Positions 29,457 to 39,188 of a stretch of DNA of 64,000 nucleotides are shown here, one piece after another. The position numbers and the translations under genes were made by a program. Below the pieces are notes generated by a model. The model ran no database searches, was not told where the DNA came from, and saw only the letters and a program-made list of their open reading frames with translations. Within the stretch, counting starts at the first letter, position 1, and the number at the start of each line of letters is the position of its first letter. The DNA comes from an uncultured Thermoanaerobaculia bacterium (GTDB lineage Bacteria > Acidobacteriota > Thermoanaerobaculia > Thermoanaerobaculales > Sulfomarinibacteraceae): positions 72,408-136,407 of the forward strand of contig CAZKGM010000001.1 of the NCBI GenBank assembly GCA_964552395.1, in the 5' to 3' direction.

Positions 29457-30721
29457 CGGCCGATGTTCTGAGCTGGCTTCGGCACCCCGTGACCCTGACT
29501 CTGGCGGGAACGGCGGTGACTCTGCTGCTCCTGGCTCTCGAGCTGCTCGCGCGGCGGCTTGCGGAGATGGGAAACGTCCGGTTTCAGGGCCTGCTCGACG
29601 ATCATGAGGAGCTGTTCCCGTTTACGCGCGAGCTTCCTCTTCCTCTGTCGCGCGTGCTTGACGCACTGCGCTGGCTCGTAATCCTCGCGACCTGGCTCAT
29701 GTGGGTCATTCTCGCGGCGTTCCCGGGCATGCGCTGGTCGTGGGCGCTGGCGGGAGCGCTGGCGGTGCCCGCTTTGGCAGTGCTCTTCTCACGCCCGATG
29801 GTGAGACGGATCGGGGAGGACGGGATCAGTGTGCTACTGCGCATGGTCAGGCCTCTTCTGCTGCCGGTGGTGGCGACTCTGTCCCGTGGCAGTGACGGCA
29901 GCCGGGTAGAGCCCGTCGAGGACGAGGAAGAGGAGGCCAGCGAACGCGAGATCAGGGCTTTCCTGGATGTCGGAGAGGCGGCCGGGATCATCGAGGGAGA
30001 CGAGGGCGAGTTCCTGGAATCGTTGGTCGACTTCTTCGACGCTACGGTGCGTGAGGTGATGACGCCGCGGACAGACATGCTGGCTGTCCCCGAGATGATC
30101 TCCTTCCATGAGCTTCTCAAGACCTTCGCGGACTCGCACCGGAGCAGGATCCCGGTCTACAGGGATACCATCGACAACGTGATTGGCGTGGTACACGTCA
30201 AGGTCGTCGTCGAGCACCTGATACTCGGCGGTGAGCCCAGGCCGGCCGAGCTGATCCGCGACTGCATGTTGGTCCCCGAGAGCAAGAAGCTCGGCGAGCT
30301 GCTGCGCGACTTCCAGCGCGAGCACCAGCAGCTGGCAATCGTCGTCGACGAGTACGGTGGCACCTCGGGACTCGTGACGTTGGAGGATCTCATGGAGGAG
30401 ATCGTCGGCGAGATCCAGGACGAGCACGAGCCCCGACAACCTCCGGATTGGGAGCAGCTCGCAGACGGGAGCTTCCGCCTCCAGGGTCGAGCGCCACTCG
30501 AGGTGTTGGAGGAGCTGCTCGGTGTGGAGGTCCACGAAGACGAGGTCGACACGGTTGGTGGGCTCGTCTTTGCCCGCTATGGGACAGTGCCCGAGGCGGG
30601 AGCATTGGTCACCGACGACGCTCTCGGCCTGGAGTTCACGGTCGAGCAGGTTGACGAGAGGCGGATTCAGCAGGTGCTGGTCAGGCGTGTGGGTCCGACA
30701 CCGGCGAGCGGAAATGGCTGA
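29453..30721 (+). CDS. CNNM (DUF21)/CBS-pair/CorC-HlyC family transporter-associated protein (hemolysin family)
   Basis: N-terminal 4-TM DUF21, a CBS pair (VREVMTPRTDM ... IPVYRDTIDNVIGVVHVKV) and a CorC_HlyC C-terminal domain. Confidence 0.88.
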   Translation: MTADVLSWLRHPVTLTLAGTAVTLLLLALELLARRLAEMGNVRFQGLLDDHEELFPFTRELPLPLSRVLDALRWLVILATWLMWVILAAFPGMRWSWALAGALAVPALAVLFSRPMVRRIGEDGISVLLRMVRPLLLPVVATLSRGSDGSRVEPVEDEEEEASEREIRAFLDVGEAAGIIEGDEGEFLESLVDFFDATVREVMTPRTDMLAVPEMISFHELLKTFADSHRSRIPVYRDTIDNVIGVVHVKVVVEHLILGGEPRPAELIRDCMLVPESKKLGELLRDFQREHQQLAIVVDEYGGTSGLVTLEDLMEEIVGEIQDEHEPRQPPDWEQLADGSFRLQGRAPLEVLEELLGVEVHEDEVDTVGGLVFARYGTVPEAGALVTDDALGLEFTVEQVDERRIQQVLVRRVGPTPASGNG

Positions 30722-31685
30722 GGGCCGACACTGCGGACTGGTGGCTTTAGTGGGCCGCCCGAACGCAGGCAAGAGCACCCTGCTCAACGCCCTCGTCGGC
30801 GAGAAGGTCGCCATCGTTTCGGACAAGCCCCAAACCACGCGGAACCGCATTGTCGGGGTCGTGACGGAAACCCGGGGGCAGATGGTGTTCTTCGACCTGC
30901 CGGGGGTGCACCGTCCCCTGCATCGGATGAACCGCAAGATGATGCAGGAGGTGCGCTCGGCACTCGAAGAGGTGGACCTCGTGCTTCACCTGGTCGATGC
31001 GTCCCAGGCATGGGGAGGGGGCGAGGAGTTCCTGTTCGATCTCCTTGCCCCAGTGAAGCCCGTCGTTCTCGGCGTGCTTACCAAGATCGACCTGATCCGT
31101 CCGAAGTCGCACCTCCTTCCGCTCCTCGACAACTACCGGAAACGCCGGCCTGGGACCGAGGTCGTGCCGATTTCGGCGCGAACCGGTGAGAGCCTCGATG
31201 AACTGCAAGCGGCGCTGTTCCGCCTCCTTCCTGTAGGGCCGCCCCTGTACCCGCCGGAGGTGAGCACAACCCAAACCGAGAGGTTCTTCGTCGCAGAGGT
31301 TGTGCGGGAGAAGCTGCTCGACCTGACACGAGACGAGCTTCCCTACACATCGGGTGTGCTGGTGGAGCTGTTCGAGGAGACCCCCGAGCTGCTCCGCATC
31401 GAGGCCGTCATCCTCGTCGAGCGTAAGAGTCAAAAAGGTCTTGTCATCGGGAAGGGCGGGAGGATGATCCGCGACATCGGGCGCGCAGCGAGAGAGGATC
31501 TCGAAGCGAGGCTGGGGTCACGAATCTTCCTCGGGCTCAGGGTCAAGGTCAGCCCCAGGTGGCGCGAGGACGCCCGCCTGCTGATTGAGATGGAGCCGGG
31601 CATGGCCATGCCCGAGGTCTGCGACGAAGGAGGATCCGGCCTCGCTGAGTCAGTCCGGGCTGACCAGCGGGGGGAGAAGCGATGA
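30714..31685 (+). CDS. era: GTPase Era
   Basis: ATG at 30714 overlaps the upstream stop. G1 GRPNAGKST, DLPG, TKID, and a KH domain (VERKSQKGLVIGKGG). Confidence 0.95.
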   Translation: MAEGRHCGLVALVGRPNAGKSTLLNALVGEKVAIVSDKPQTTRNRIVGVVTETRGQMVFFDLPGVHRPLHRMNRKMMQEVRSALEEVDLVLHLVDASQAWGGGEEFLFDLLAPVKPVVLGVLTKIDLIRPKSHLLPLLDNYRKRRPGTEVVPISARTGESLDELQAALFRLLPVGPPLYPPEVSTTQTERFFVAEVVREKLLDLTRDELPYTSGVLVELFEETPELLRIEAVILVERKSQKGLVIGKGGRMIRDIGRAAREDLEARLGSRIFLGLRVKVSPRWREDARLLIEMEPGMAMPEVCDEGGSGLAESVRADQRGEKR

Positions 31686-31936
31686 CCGGCGTGGAGACGA
31701 TCGTGGTCTTTACCGCGGACGCATGCCCTTACAGCGAGGCACTGTGTGCCGACCTGCGCCGCCGCGGCGTTCGATTTCTTGAGATCAACCTCAGCCGCGA
31801 ACGCCACCGCATCGAGGAGCTCCGACGCTACTGCTGGGAGCACCGGCTGCCAGTCATTCTTGACCACGAACGGGTCTCGATCGGCTTTCGCGGTGACTCG
31901 TCGTCATTCCGTGATGTCGGGCTGGACGATCTGTAA
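31682..31936 (+). CDS. Glutaredoxin-like small protein (CPYS active-site variant)
   Basis: Thioredoxin-fold pattern IVVFTADACPYSEALCADLRRRGVRF.EINL, 84 aa. 4-nt overlap with era. Confidence 0.7.
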   Translation: MTGVETIVVFTADACPYSEALCADLRRRGVRFLEINLSRERHRIEELRRYCWEHRLPVILDHERVSIGFRGDSSSFRDVGLDDL

Positions 31937-31937
31937 G

Positions 31938-32183
31938 ATGGGACGACAGCTGATGCCCGCTTGTCCTCGATGCAAGTGCTCGAGTGTGCACCGTTCCCGG
32001 ACCCGGACCACCTGGGAGAATCGGGTCCGTTCCGCGCTCCCGGTGCGTTTCTACCGCTGTCATGAGTGTGGCTGGCGTGGGCTGCGGCCAGTTCCGGGAG
32101 AGCTCCGGCGGGTGCTTCCGCGATACGCGTTCTGGCTCGCCGTGGCCGTCCTGGCGTGGTGGCTCCTGGTGTTTTTCTCCTAG
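31938..32183 (+). CDS. Small zinc-ribbon membrane protein
   Basis: ATG at 31938, 2 nt after the upstream stop. CPRCKC...CHECGW (C4) followed by a C-terminal TM (FWLAVAVLAWWLLVFF). Confidence 0.5.
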   Translation: MGRQLMPACPRCKCSSVHRSRTRTTWENRVRSALPVRFYRCHECGWRGLRPVPGELRRVLPRYAFWLAVAVLAWWLLVFFS

Positions 32184-32199
32184 AGGCGCGGCCGGGCCG

Positions 32200-33474
32200 C
32201 TAGACAATCAGAAACAGTACGATGCTGGCGGCTCCCCATGCAACAAGCAGTGCGAGGGACAGGCGTCCTGTCGGAGGATCGCCGAAGCTGAGGGCGTAGA
32301 TGCCCTTCATCAGGTTGTTGGTGGCGGTGGCGATCACCACCGCGAGCGAGGCGATCGAGAGGCTTATAGCGGTCCCCGCGGCTGGCGTCAGGCCGAGGAT
32401 GAAGGGGTCAACGTCGGTCGGTCCCATCAGGCCGGCCAGGACCAGCACGCCGGCGCCTCCGAACCTGGTTGCCACGACTCGGGTCACGATGAGAATGAGA
32501 AGGAACAGGGCGGCGAAGGTGAACGCCGAGGTCAGCTCGAGCGGGTTTGTGGACGGCCGAGGGGCTTCCTCCGCGGCATCGGCCGCGGCCTCTCGATTGC
32601 TCCGGTGATAGGCCAGCAGGGCTCCGGTTGCCATGGCGGATAGCCCGAGACCCCAGAAAAGCGCCGTGAGACCCTCTGCGAGCTGGCGAGAGAACAACAT
32701 GAGCAGAACCCACAGGCGAACGTACATCATGCCGGTGGCGGCGAGGATCGCTCCAGCGAGCTGCCGTGGGAGCTGTCCGCCTCTGCGTGCCTGACGCGCG
32801 AGCACAACCGTGATCGCCGTTGACGAGTAGGCGCCGCCGAGAATGCCGGCAAGCATCACTCCCGGTCCCCGTTTCCATGTCACCTGCAGCAGGTAGCTGA
32901 GGTAGGAAAGCCCGCTGACGGCGACGACCACCAGCCAGATCTTGAAAGGGTTGATCTTCAGCGTCGTGAAGACGTGGTTCGGAACCACCGGGAGGATCAC
33001 GGCGGTGAGCAGCAGGAACCGCACGAGCGTGCCGAGCTCCCTGCGCGGGATCTTCTGGACCAGACCTTCGAGGGACTGTTTCTCGTGCAGCAGGAGCACG
33101 GCAACCACGGCGGCGGCGACGCTCAGCCAGTAGGCCTGAACCGCGGAGGTGGCGCCGAGTCCGTAGGCGAGGAGCGCGGCCACCTCGGTGGTAATACCGA
33201 GCCGCGCCTCTCCCAGGCTGGCGTAGTGGGACAGGGCGAGCAACGCCCCGATGACGAGCATTCCCGCGGCAAAGGGTACCGGACTGGAAGGGAACGAGAC
33301 GACCAGCAGGTAGCCCGTGAGGGCGATGAGCGGGAAGGTCCGTACACCTCCGAAGAAGGTGGACGGACGATCGGATCGCATCTCCTCGCGCTCGAAACCG
33401 ATGAGAAGCGACAGTGCGAGCGTGAGGATGAAGCCGACCAGCTCCGGTGAGACGTGTCCTGACGCCAGCTCCAT
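32200..33474 (-). CDS. MgtC/SapB-family membrane protein with DUF4010 extension
   Basis: N-terminal LALSLLIGFEREE (MgtC signature), then ~10 further TM segments typical of MgtC-DUF4010 fusions. Confidence 0.8.
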   Translation of the reverse strand: MELASGHVSPELVGFILTLALSLLIGFEREEMRSDRPSTFFGGVRTFPLIALTGYLLVVSFPSSPVPFAAGMLVIGALLALSHYASLGEARLGITTEVAALLAYGLGATSAVQAYWLSVAAAVVAVLLLHEKQSLEGLVQKIPRRELGTLVRFLLLTAVILPVVPNHVFTTLKINPFKIWLVVVAVSGLSYLSYLLQVTWKRGPGVMLAGILGGAYSSTAITVVLARQARRGGQLPRQLAGAILAATGMMYVRLWVLLMLFSRQLAEGLTALFWGLGLSAMATGALLAYHRSNREAAADAAEEAPRPSTNPLELTSAFTFAALFLLILIVTRVVATRFGGAGVLVLAGLMGPTDVDPFILGLTPAAGTAISLSIASLAVVIATATNNLMKGIYALSFGDPPTGRLSLALLVAWGAASIVLFLIV

Positions 33475-33677
33475 GCCTCAAGTGTAGCGCGAGACGGAGC
33501 CGGACGCCTCCAGCTGCGGCGGCCACATTCCGATGTCGACGTGGGCGAGGGACGGTCCCCGAAAGACGCCATGAAGCTGTCCAGCGAATCCTAGCACCTA
33601 GCAGCACAGTCGAGCGAGGGAAGCATCTCTGCCGAGCGTGCCGGAGCCCGGCCCGGTCGTCGGAACGTCGGGCCCGT

Positions 33678-34262
33678 TCATTCCAGGATGATCGAGTCCA
33701 GGGGACGTTTTGGGACGTGGTGACGGCCCTCAGCGTCGCGCCAGTAGGCGATGTCGCGGTCGGAACGGATCTGCTCGACGATGACTGTTTCGTTGGGTAC
33801 TCCGAGTGCCAAGACGAGCAGCGGCTCGTAGCGCTCGGGAACTCCCAGCGCGGAGCGGACCGCGGTGCGTTCGAACCGGCCCATGATGCAACCGCCCAGG
33901 CCCCGCTCGGCTGCACCGAGCATGATCGTCTGTGCCGCGATGCCGTGGTCGACGGCGAAGAGCCGCGTAATCTCCTTGTCGCCAAGGATGACGATGTATG
34001 CGGCCGGCCGCTCACCATCAGCGGGTCCCGGCCAATCTTCGAGATACCCAGCCCAGGTGAGTAGGGGGAAGATCTTCTCGTTGCGCTCTCGTGTGTGGGA
34101 CAGGAAGTACTTCAAGGGTTGGAGGTTGCCGGAGCACGGGGCGAGCCTGGCGAGGTTTACGAGCTCGACCAGCGTTTCCCGGCGCACGGCAACTTCCTGA
34201 CGGAAGCGCCTGTAGCTGCGGCTTCGGCGGACCAGATCGTTGAGCATGAGCGACCGGCACAT
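33678..34262 (-). CDS. Nitroreductase family protein
   Basis: RRSRSYRRF...L..LV.LARLAPCSGNLQP and GCIMG patterns of the NADH-oxidase/flavin-reductase (nitroreductase) fold. Confidence 0.85.
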   Translation of the reverse strand: MCRSLMLNDLVRRSRSYRRFRQEVAVRRETLVELVNLARLAPCSGNLQPLKYFLSHTRERNEKIFPLLTWAGYLEDWPGPADGERPAAYIVILGDKEITRLFAVDHGIAAQTIMLGAAERGLGGCIMGRFERTAVRSALGVPERYEPLLVLALGVPNETVIVEQIRSDRDIAYWRDAEGRHHVPKRPLDSIILE

Positions 34263-34421
34263 GGTAACACCGAGCGGCCGGCGGAGCCAAGAGACAGCCG
34301 CGGCCTGTCAGGCATTGGACGGGCCATGCAGCTGTGAAGTCGTCTCAATATCTAGGGTGCGGGGAGTCATGCTAATATTGCTCGTCTGCTCATGCGCGGC
34401 ATCTGCAATGGGGGGCTCACC

Positions 34422-34874
34422 ATGAATCAAGAGACCGGCAGGGCGAAGCCGACGCGGCGGCGCGTCGTCGACTGGCTTCTGGGTACGGCGGTCGGAGGCG
34501 TGGTCGCCTCTATCCTGTACCCGGTGCTGCGCTACGTGATGCCGCCAAAGGTAGCCGAGGCCCAGACCAACAGCGTCATGGCCGGCAAGCTCTCCCAGCT
34601 TGCGCCCAACACCGGCCACATCTTCCGCTTCGGCTCCAAGCCCGGCATCGTCATCAGGACGCCGGCGGGAGATGTCAGGGCGTTCAGCGCGGTGTGCACG
34701 CACCTGCAGTGTACGGTACAGTACAGGACCGACTTCCAGGCGATCTGGTGTGCCTGTCACAACGGTCGCTACAACCTGAACGGGATCAACGTCGCCGGGC
34801 CTCCACCGCGCCCGCTCACCAAGTACAAGGTCGCCATCAAGGGCGACGATATCTGGGTGTCAAGGGAAGGTTGA
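34422..34874 (+). CDS. Rieske [2Fe-2S] subunit of a cytochrome bc-type complex
   Basis: Tat-like RRRVVDWLLG plus a TM, and CTHLQC...CACHNGRY Rieske boxes. Directly upstream of cytochrome b. Confidence 0.9.
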   Translation: MNQETGRAKPTRRRVVDWLLGTAVGGVVASILYPVLRYVMPPKVAEAQTNSVMAGKLSQLAPNTGHIFRFGSKPGIVIRTPAGDVRAFSAVCTHLQCTVQYRTDFQAIWCACHNGRYNLNGINVAGPPPRPLTKYKVAIKGDDIWVSREG

Positions 34875-34877
34875 GCC

Positions 34878-35960
34878 ATGCGAATCCTCGACAGCGCCTA
34901 CCGTTACCTCGACGAACGCTTGGAGCTGCAACCACTGGTTGAGTTTGCCAGCCACAAGGAGGTTCCGAGACACCGCTTCGACTGGGCCTACTACTTCGGA
35001 GGCCTGACCCTGTTCTTCTTCATCGTCCAGGTGTGCTCTGGCATCTTGCTGCTGCTGTACTACCGGCCCACTGCAGAGGCAGCATTCGAGAGCGTGCAGT
35101 TCATCGTGACCCACGTTCCTTTCGGATGGCTGGTGCGGTCGATTCACTCGTGGTCCGCCAACCTGATGATTCTGTCAGCGTTTCTGCACATGTTCTCGGT
35201 CCTGTTCATGAAGTCGTACGCCAAGCCGAGGGAGATGACCTGGTGGACCGGATGCCTGATGCTGGCGCTCGGCCTCGGCTTCGGTTTCTCGGGCTACCTC
35301 CTGCCGTGGAACAAGTTAGCCTTCTTCGCGACCCGCGTCGGCACCGACATGACGAGCAAAGTGCCGTTCATCGGCGACTGGCTGATGCACGTTCTCCGGG
35401 GTGGCGATGACGTGACGGGAGCGACGTTGACACGGTTCTTCGGCATCCACGTGGCGGTGTTGCCGATGCTGATGGCCGGACTCATCGCGCTCCATCTCCT
35501 GTTCATCCAGCGCCAGGGGATTCACGTTCCGATGGGCGCTGCCGAGGAGAGCAAGGCACGGCCGGGGATGAAGTTCTTCCCCGACTTCGCGCTCCGCGAG
35601 GCGGTGGTTTGGCTGATCGGGCTGGCCCTTCTGGCCTTCCTCGCGGCCTACTTCCCGTGGAACCTGGGTGTCAAGGCTGATCCGTTTGCGTCGGCGCCGG
35701 CGGGCATCAAGCCGGAGTGGTACTTCCTGTTCATGTTCGAGTCCCTGAAGCTCATTCCGGGCCACGTTCTCGGTATCGAGGGCGAGCTGCTCGGCCTCGG
35801 GGCCTTCGCGGTGCTCGGAGTGTTCTGGTTCCTCATCCCGCTGCTCGATCGCCGTTCCAGCAGAGGCGAGCGCTCGCCGCTGTTCACCTTGATCGGTGCG
35901 GTGGCGCTCGCATTCATCGCAGGGATGACCATCCTGTCGTTCTTGGGGGTGTTCTCGTGA
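34878..35960 (+). CDS. Cytochrome b (b6 plus subunit-IV-like fusion)
   Basis: YYFGGLTLFFF.VQ..SGILLLLYY, SIHSWSANLMI and LPWN motifs, with additional C-terminal TM helices. Confidence 0.92.
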   Translation: MRILDSAYRYLDERLELQPLVEFASHKEVPRHRFDWAYYFGGLTLFFFIVQVCSGILLLLYYRPTAEAAFESVQFIVTHVPFGWLVRSIHSWSANLMILSAFLHMFSVLFMKSYAKPREMTWWTGCLMLALGLGFGFSGYLLPWNKLAFFATRVGTDMTSKVPFIGDWLMHVLRGGDDVTGATLTRFFGIHVAVLPMLMAGLIALHLLFIQRQGIHVPMGAAEESKARPGMKFFPDFALREAVVWLIGLALLAFLAAYFPWNLGVKADPFASAPAGIKPEWYFLFMFESLKLIPGHVLGIEGELLGLGAFAVLGVFWFLIPLLDRRSSRGERSPLFTLIGAVALAFIAGMTILSFLGVFS

Positions 35961-37234
35961 CGCAGCAAGCCCGTTCTCACGTGCTCGTGATCCTGCTGAC
36001 CGCATGTGTCGTCGTGTCCGCGCCGGCATGGGGGTCTCCAGATCAGGGCTCAGCACCGGCGAGCGCAACGCCAGGAGGTACCTGCCAGACCTGTCACCTA
36101 CAGCTCGACGAGCCCGCGCTGAAGGACCCAGCGGTCGGATTCGAGCATGATGTGCACGATCGGCCGGGACTGGGGTGCGTCGCATGCCATGGCGGTGACC
36201 CGACGGCAGACGATCCCGATGAGTCCATGAGCCCGAAGCACGGGTTCAAGGGTGCGCCGAAACCGGGCGAGATTCCGAAGCTGTGCGGAACCTGTCACGC
36301 CGACGAAGAGGTGATCAGGAAGTTCGCTCCGAACCTCCCGACGGATCAGCTCTCGCAGTACCTTACCAGCGTCCACGGTAAGCTGAACCGCAAGGGTGAT
36401 ACCAAGGTGGCGACGTGTATCTCGTGCCACGGCGTACATGGCATCTACGCCGCCAGTGACCCGCGTTCCTCGGTTTACCCGACCCGCGTCGTGGACACCT
36501 GTGCCAAGTGCCACGCCGACGCCAAGCTGATGGCGCCGTACGGGATCTCGACGGACCAGGTGGCCAAGTACAAGAAGTCCTTTCACTTCGAGGCGTTGAC
36601 CGTCCAAAACGACCTCTCCGCGCCGACCTGCAACGACTGCCACGGCTCGCATGGCGCGACCCCTCCGGGAGTGTCGTCGATCTCCAACGTCTGTGGAACA
36701 TGCCACCCGCAGAACATGGACCTGTTTCAGAAGTCACCCCATTCCAAGGTGTTCGCGGACCAGGGAATGGGAGCCTGCGAGGCGTGCCACGGACACCATG
36801 ACATCCCGAAGCCCAGCGACGGCCTCGTGGGGCTCAAGGAAGGTGCCGCATGCGTCCAGTGCCACGACTCCGGAGATCCGGGGGGCGAGGCCGCCATCGC
36901 CATCAGCACCTCGCTGGAGCTGGCAACCGACACCGAGAGCCGCGCCGCTCAAGAGGTGGCCGAGGCTCAGCGCAAGGGCATGCTGATGGAAGATGCCGAC
37001 ATCGAGCTGCAGACCGCCCACGAGGAGATCATCAAGGCGCGCTTGGAGGTCCACCAGGCATCTCTCGGACCGGTCAATGAGCACACGTCCAAGTCCGTGA
37101 CGGCCGCCAAGAAGTCGCTGGCCCTGGCCGCCGAGGCGCGACACGAGATCCATGTCAGACGCACCGGCCTGTCGATCGCTTTCGTGTTCATTGTCTTCGC
37201 GATCATCCTGCTGATACTGAAGATTCGGAGCTGA
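35957..37234 (+). CDS. Nine-haem c-type cytochrome with C-terminal membrane anchor
   Basis: GTG at 35957 overlaps the cytochrome b stop (GTGA). Signal peptide, nine CxxCH motifs (CQTCH, CVACH, CGTCH, CISCH, CAKCH, CNDCH, CGTCH, CEACH, CVQCH) and a terminal TM. Confidence 0.85.
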   Translation: MTQQARSHVLVILLTACVVVSAPAWGSPDQGSAPASATPGGTCQTCHLQLDEPALKDPAVGFEHDVHDRPGLGCVACHGGDPTADDPDESMSPKHGFKGAPKPGEIPKLCGTCHADEEVIRKFAPNLPTDQLSQYLTSVHGKLNRKGDTKVATCISCHGVHGIYAASDPRSSVYPTRVVDTCAKCHADAKLMAPYGISTDQVAKYKKSFHFEALTVQNDLSAPTCNDCHGSHGATPPGVSSISNVCGTCHPQNMDLFQKSPHSKVFADQGMGACEACHGHHDIPKPSDGLVGLKEGAACVQCHDSGDPGGEAAIAISTSLELATDTESRAAQEVAEAQRKGMLMEDADIELQTAHEEIIKARLEVHQASLGPVNEHTSKSVTAAKKSLALAAEARHEIHVRRTGLSIAFVFIVFAIILLILKIRS

Positions 37235-37252
37235 CTCGCCCCTTGTGCCGGG

Positions 37253-39016
37253 TCAGGCAGAACTCGGAGCTCGCTCCCTTGCCGCGCGCGCCTGCCTGAG
37301 CACGTGAGGGGCGAGTAGCAGCACGGTGCCGTAGGCCGCAAAGGCGACGAAGAGGGTGGCTGGCTGGCCATGTGGAAGATCCTCGAGGAGTATCTTGATA
37401 CCACACAGGCCGAGCAGCGGGTAGACGAGCCAGGTCAGCTCGGTCAGTGAGTCCCAGCGACCCGCGGCGGCGGTGGCCAGGCAGACCGCGGCGATCACGA
37501 TCGTACGCACGGTGGCAAGGAGGGCGGCGGGCGTCCCGCCTGCCAGCCCCGCCACCAAGGGCGCCAATACACTGATGACGATGGCGCCGACTCCGCCAAG
37601 CCCTACAACCGCGATCAGGAACCGGGGGATGCGGGACCTCCACGCAGTTGTCCTGTGGCGCTGGGTGATCACGAGGGCCCCGTAGCAGACAACCGCCAGG
37701 CCGAGCACCAATAGAGCCGGAGCGGTGAACGATCGTCCAACCGTGGCGGGTGTTGCGACGAAGGCGTGAGCCGTGGCGACCCAGAGTCCGCTGACAGCCG
37801 CAGCAGAGAAGACGTACACGACGCTGTGTGAGCGCAGCGAGATGCGATTAAACCGCCCGCCGAGAGCAGCAGTCGCCAGGCCGAGCAAGGCCAGCTCCGT
37901 CGCGAGAACCGTGTCCGGGGCCACCAACCGGCTTCCGGAGAGCAGCAGGACGAGACCGATGGAAGTGTAGAAGAAGAAGTTGGGACCGCGACCCTGCCGG
38001 CGGTCGACAGCGGTGAACGCGACGGCGTAGCTGATGAGGCCGAGCACGATTCCTATCGCCCCGAGCACGGCGACGCCGGTCCCAGTTGCCCGGGCGACGT
38101 GGATCGAACCACCGTAACCGACCAGCAGGACGGCCGCGGTCTGTGTGACCTCGAACGGGTTGATGTTGCGTGCGCGTACCAGAGTTCGAACCGTGAAGGT
38201 GGCCGCATAGCTCACGAAGAGCAGCAGGGCGAGGATGAGAACGACCGTGGTGTTCAGGCTGTCGTACGGAGAGGGCGGTCCCCCCGCGGTGGCGGCGAGA
38301 AAGGCGACCTGCAGGACGGCGATGTCGACCAGCGCGGCAACCGGCCAGCGGATGCCGTGCCAGTGCCGGGAGTACGCCAGCCAGGCCGTCGCCAAGCCGA
38401 CTAGCAGCAGCACGGCTGTGAAGATCTCCGCCGCGTGCGTGCTGACGAGCAATGCCAACCCGGTCAGGGTGGCGCCAATGGACACGATCCACCCGAGCAG
38501 GTGGAGGCTCCTGTACCAGGCAACGCCGAGAGCCACGGCTGTAAGAGCCAGGAGGAGAACGCCGGCAGTGCCCGGCGACAGCACGCCCAGGCGAGTAGTA
38601 GCCTCATACAGCAGCGGATACCCGATGATTGAGGTCGACACTCCGTGAAAGGCTGCGCTGAGTCGCCGGTCGCCGGCACCGTCGCGGTTCGCGAGGAAGA
38701 CCCAGATACCGGCATAGAGGAGTCCCATTGTGACGCCCGCGGGCCGGGGAACGGTTCCCGCCTCCGTGATGGCCCGCAGGAGGAATGCTCCTGCGAGCAC
38801 GAGGAACGTCCGACCCAGCAGGGCCGGGAGACCGCGGAGATGAAGCGCCACTGCCTCCTGTGGGAGGTGCCCGGGTTCTTCGGGACGATCCTGGGGCATC
38901 TCGGCGAGGCCGCTTTGTCGAGAACTCTCCAGGATAAAGAGGCGCCTTTCGAGGCCGTCGACGGTGCTTATGAGCTCGGCAACCCGAGCTTCAAGATCGG
39001 CCAGTCGTTGCTGCAC
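37253..39016 (-). CDS. DUF2339-like polytopic membrane protein
   Basis: N-terminal coiled coil (QQRLADLEARVAELISTVDGLERRL) followed by ~15 TM helices. GTG at 39016 is preferred because 39017-39190 is AT-rich and non-coding-like. The ORF stays open to 39190. Confidence 0.7.
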   Translation of the reverse strand: MQQRLADLEARVAELISTVDGLERRLFILESSRQSGLAEMPQDRPEEPGHLPQEAVALHLRGLPALLGRTFLVLAGAFLLRAITEAGTVPRPAGVTMGLLYAGIWVFLANRDGAGDRRLSAAFHGVSTSIIGYPLLYEATTRLGVLSPGTAGVLLLALTAVALGVAWYRSLHLLGWIVSIGATLTGLALLVSTHAAEIFTAVLLLVGLATAWLAYSRHWHGIRWPVAALVDIAVLQVAFLAATAGGPPSPYDSLNTTVVLILALLLFVSYAATFTVRTLVRARNINPFEVTQTAAVLLVGYGGSIHVARATGTGVAVLGAIGIVLGLISYAVAFTAVDRRQGRGPNFFFYTSIGLVLLLSGSRLVAPDTVLATELALLGLATAALGGRFNRISLRSHSVVYVFSAAAVSGLWVATAHAFVATPATVGRSFTAPALLVLGLAVVCYGALVITQRHRTTAWRSRIPRFLIAVVGLGGVGAIVISVLAPLVAGLAGGTPAALLATVRTIVIAAVCLATAAAGRWDSLTELTWLVYPLLGLCGIKILLEDLPHGQPATLFVAFAAYGTVLLLAPHVLRQARAARERAPSSA

Positions 39017-39188
39017 ATCCCTACCTTTCCACGTCGTCTCAATTGAGCGCCAATCGGGATTATAGCAATGCCGACGAGTAACGACGCGTTTCCCTGACCC
39101 GCAGGACCCTACAGTATTTGCGATACTTTGACATTGTTTGGAGAAAAACGGGTTCCGATCGAGCTCGGCAGCCCGTATATTGGTTTTC

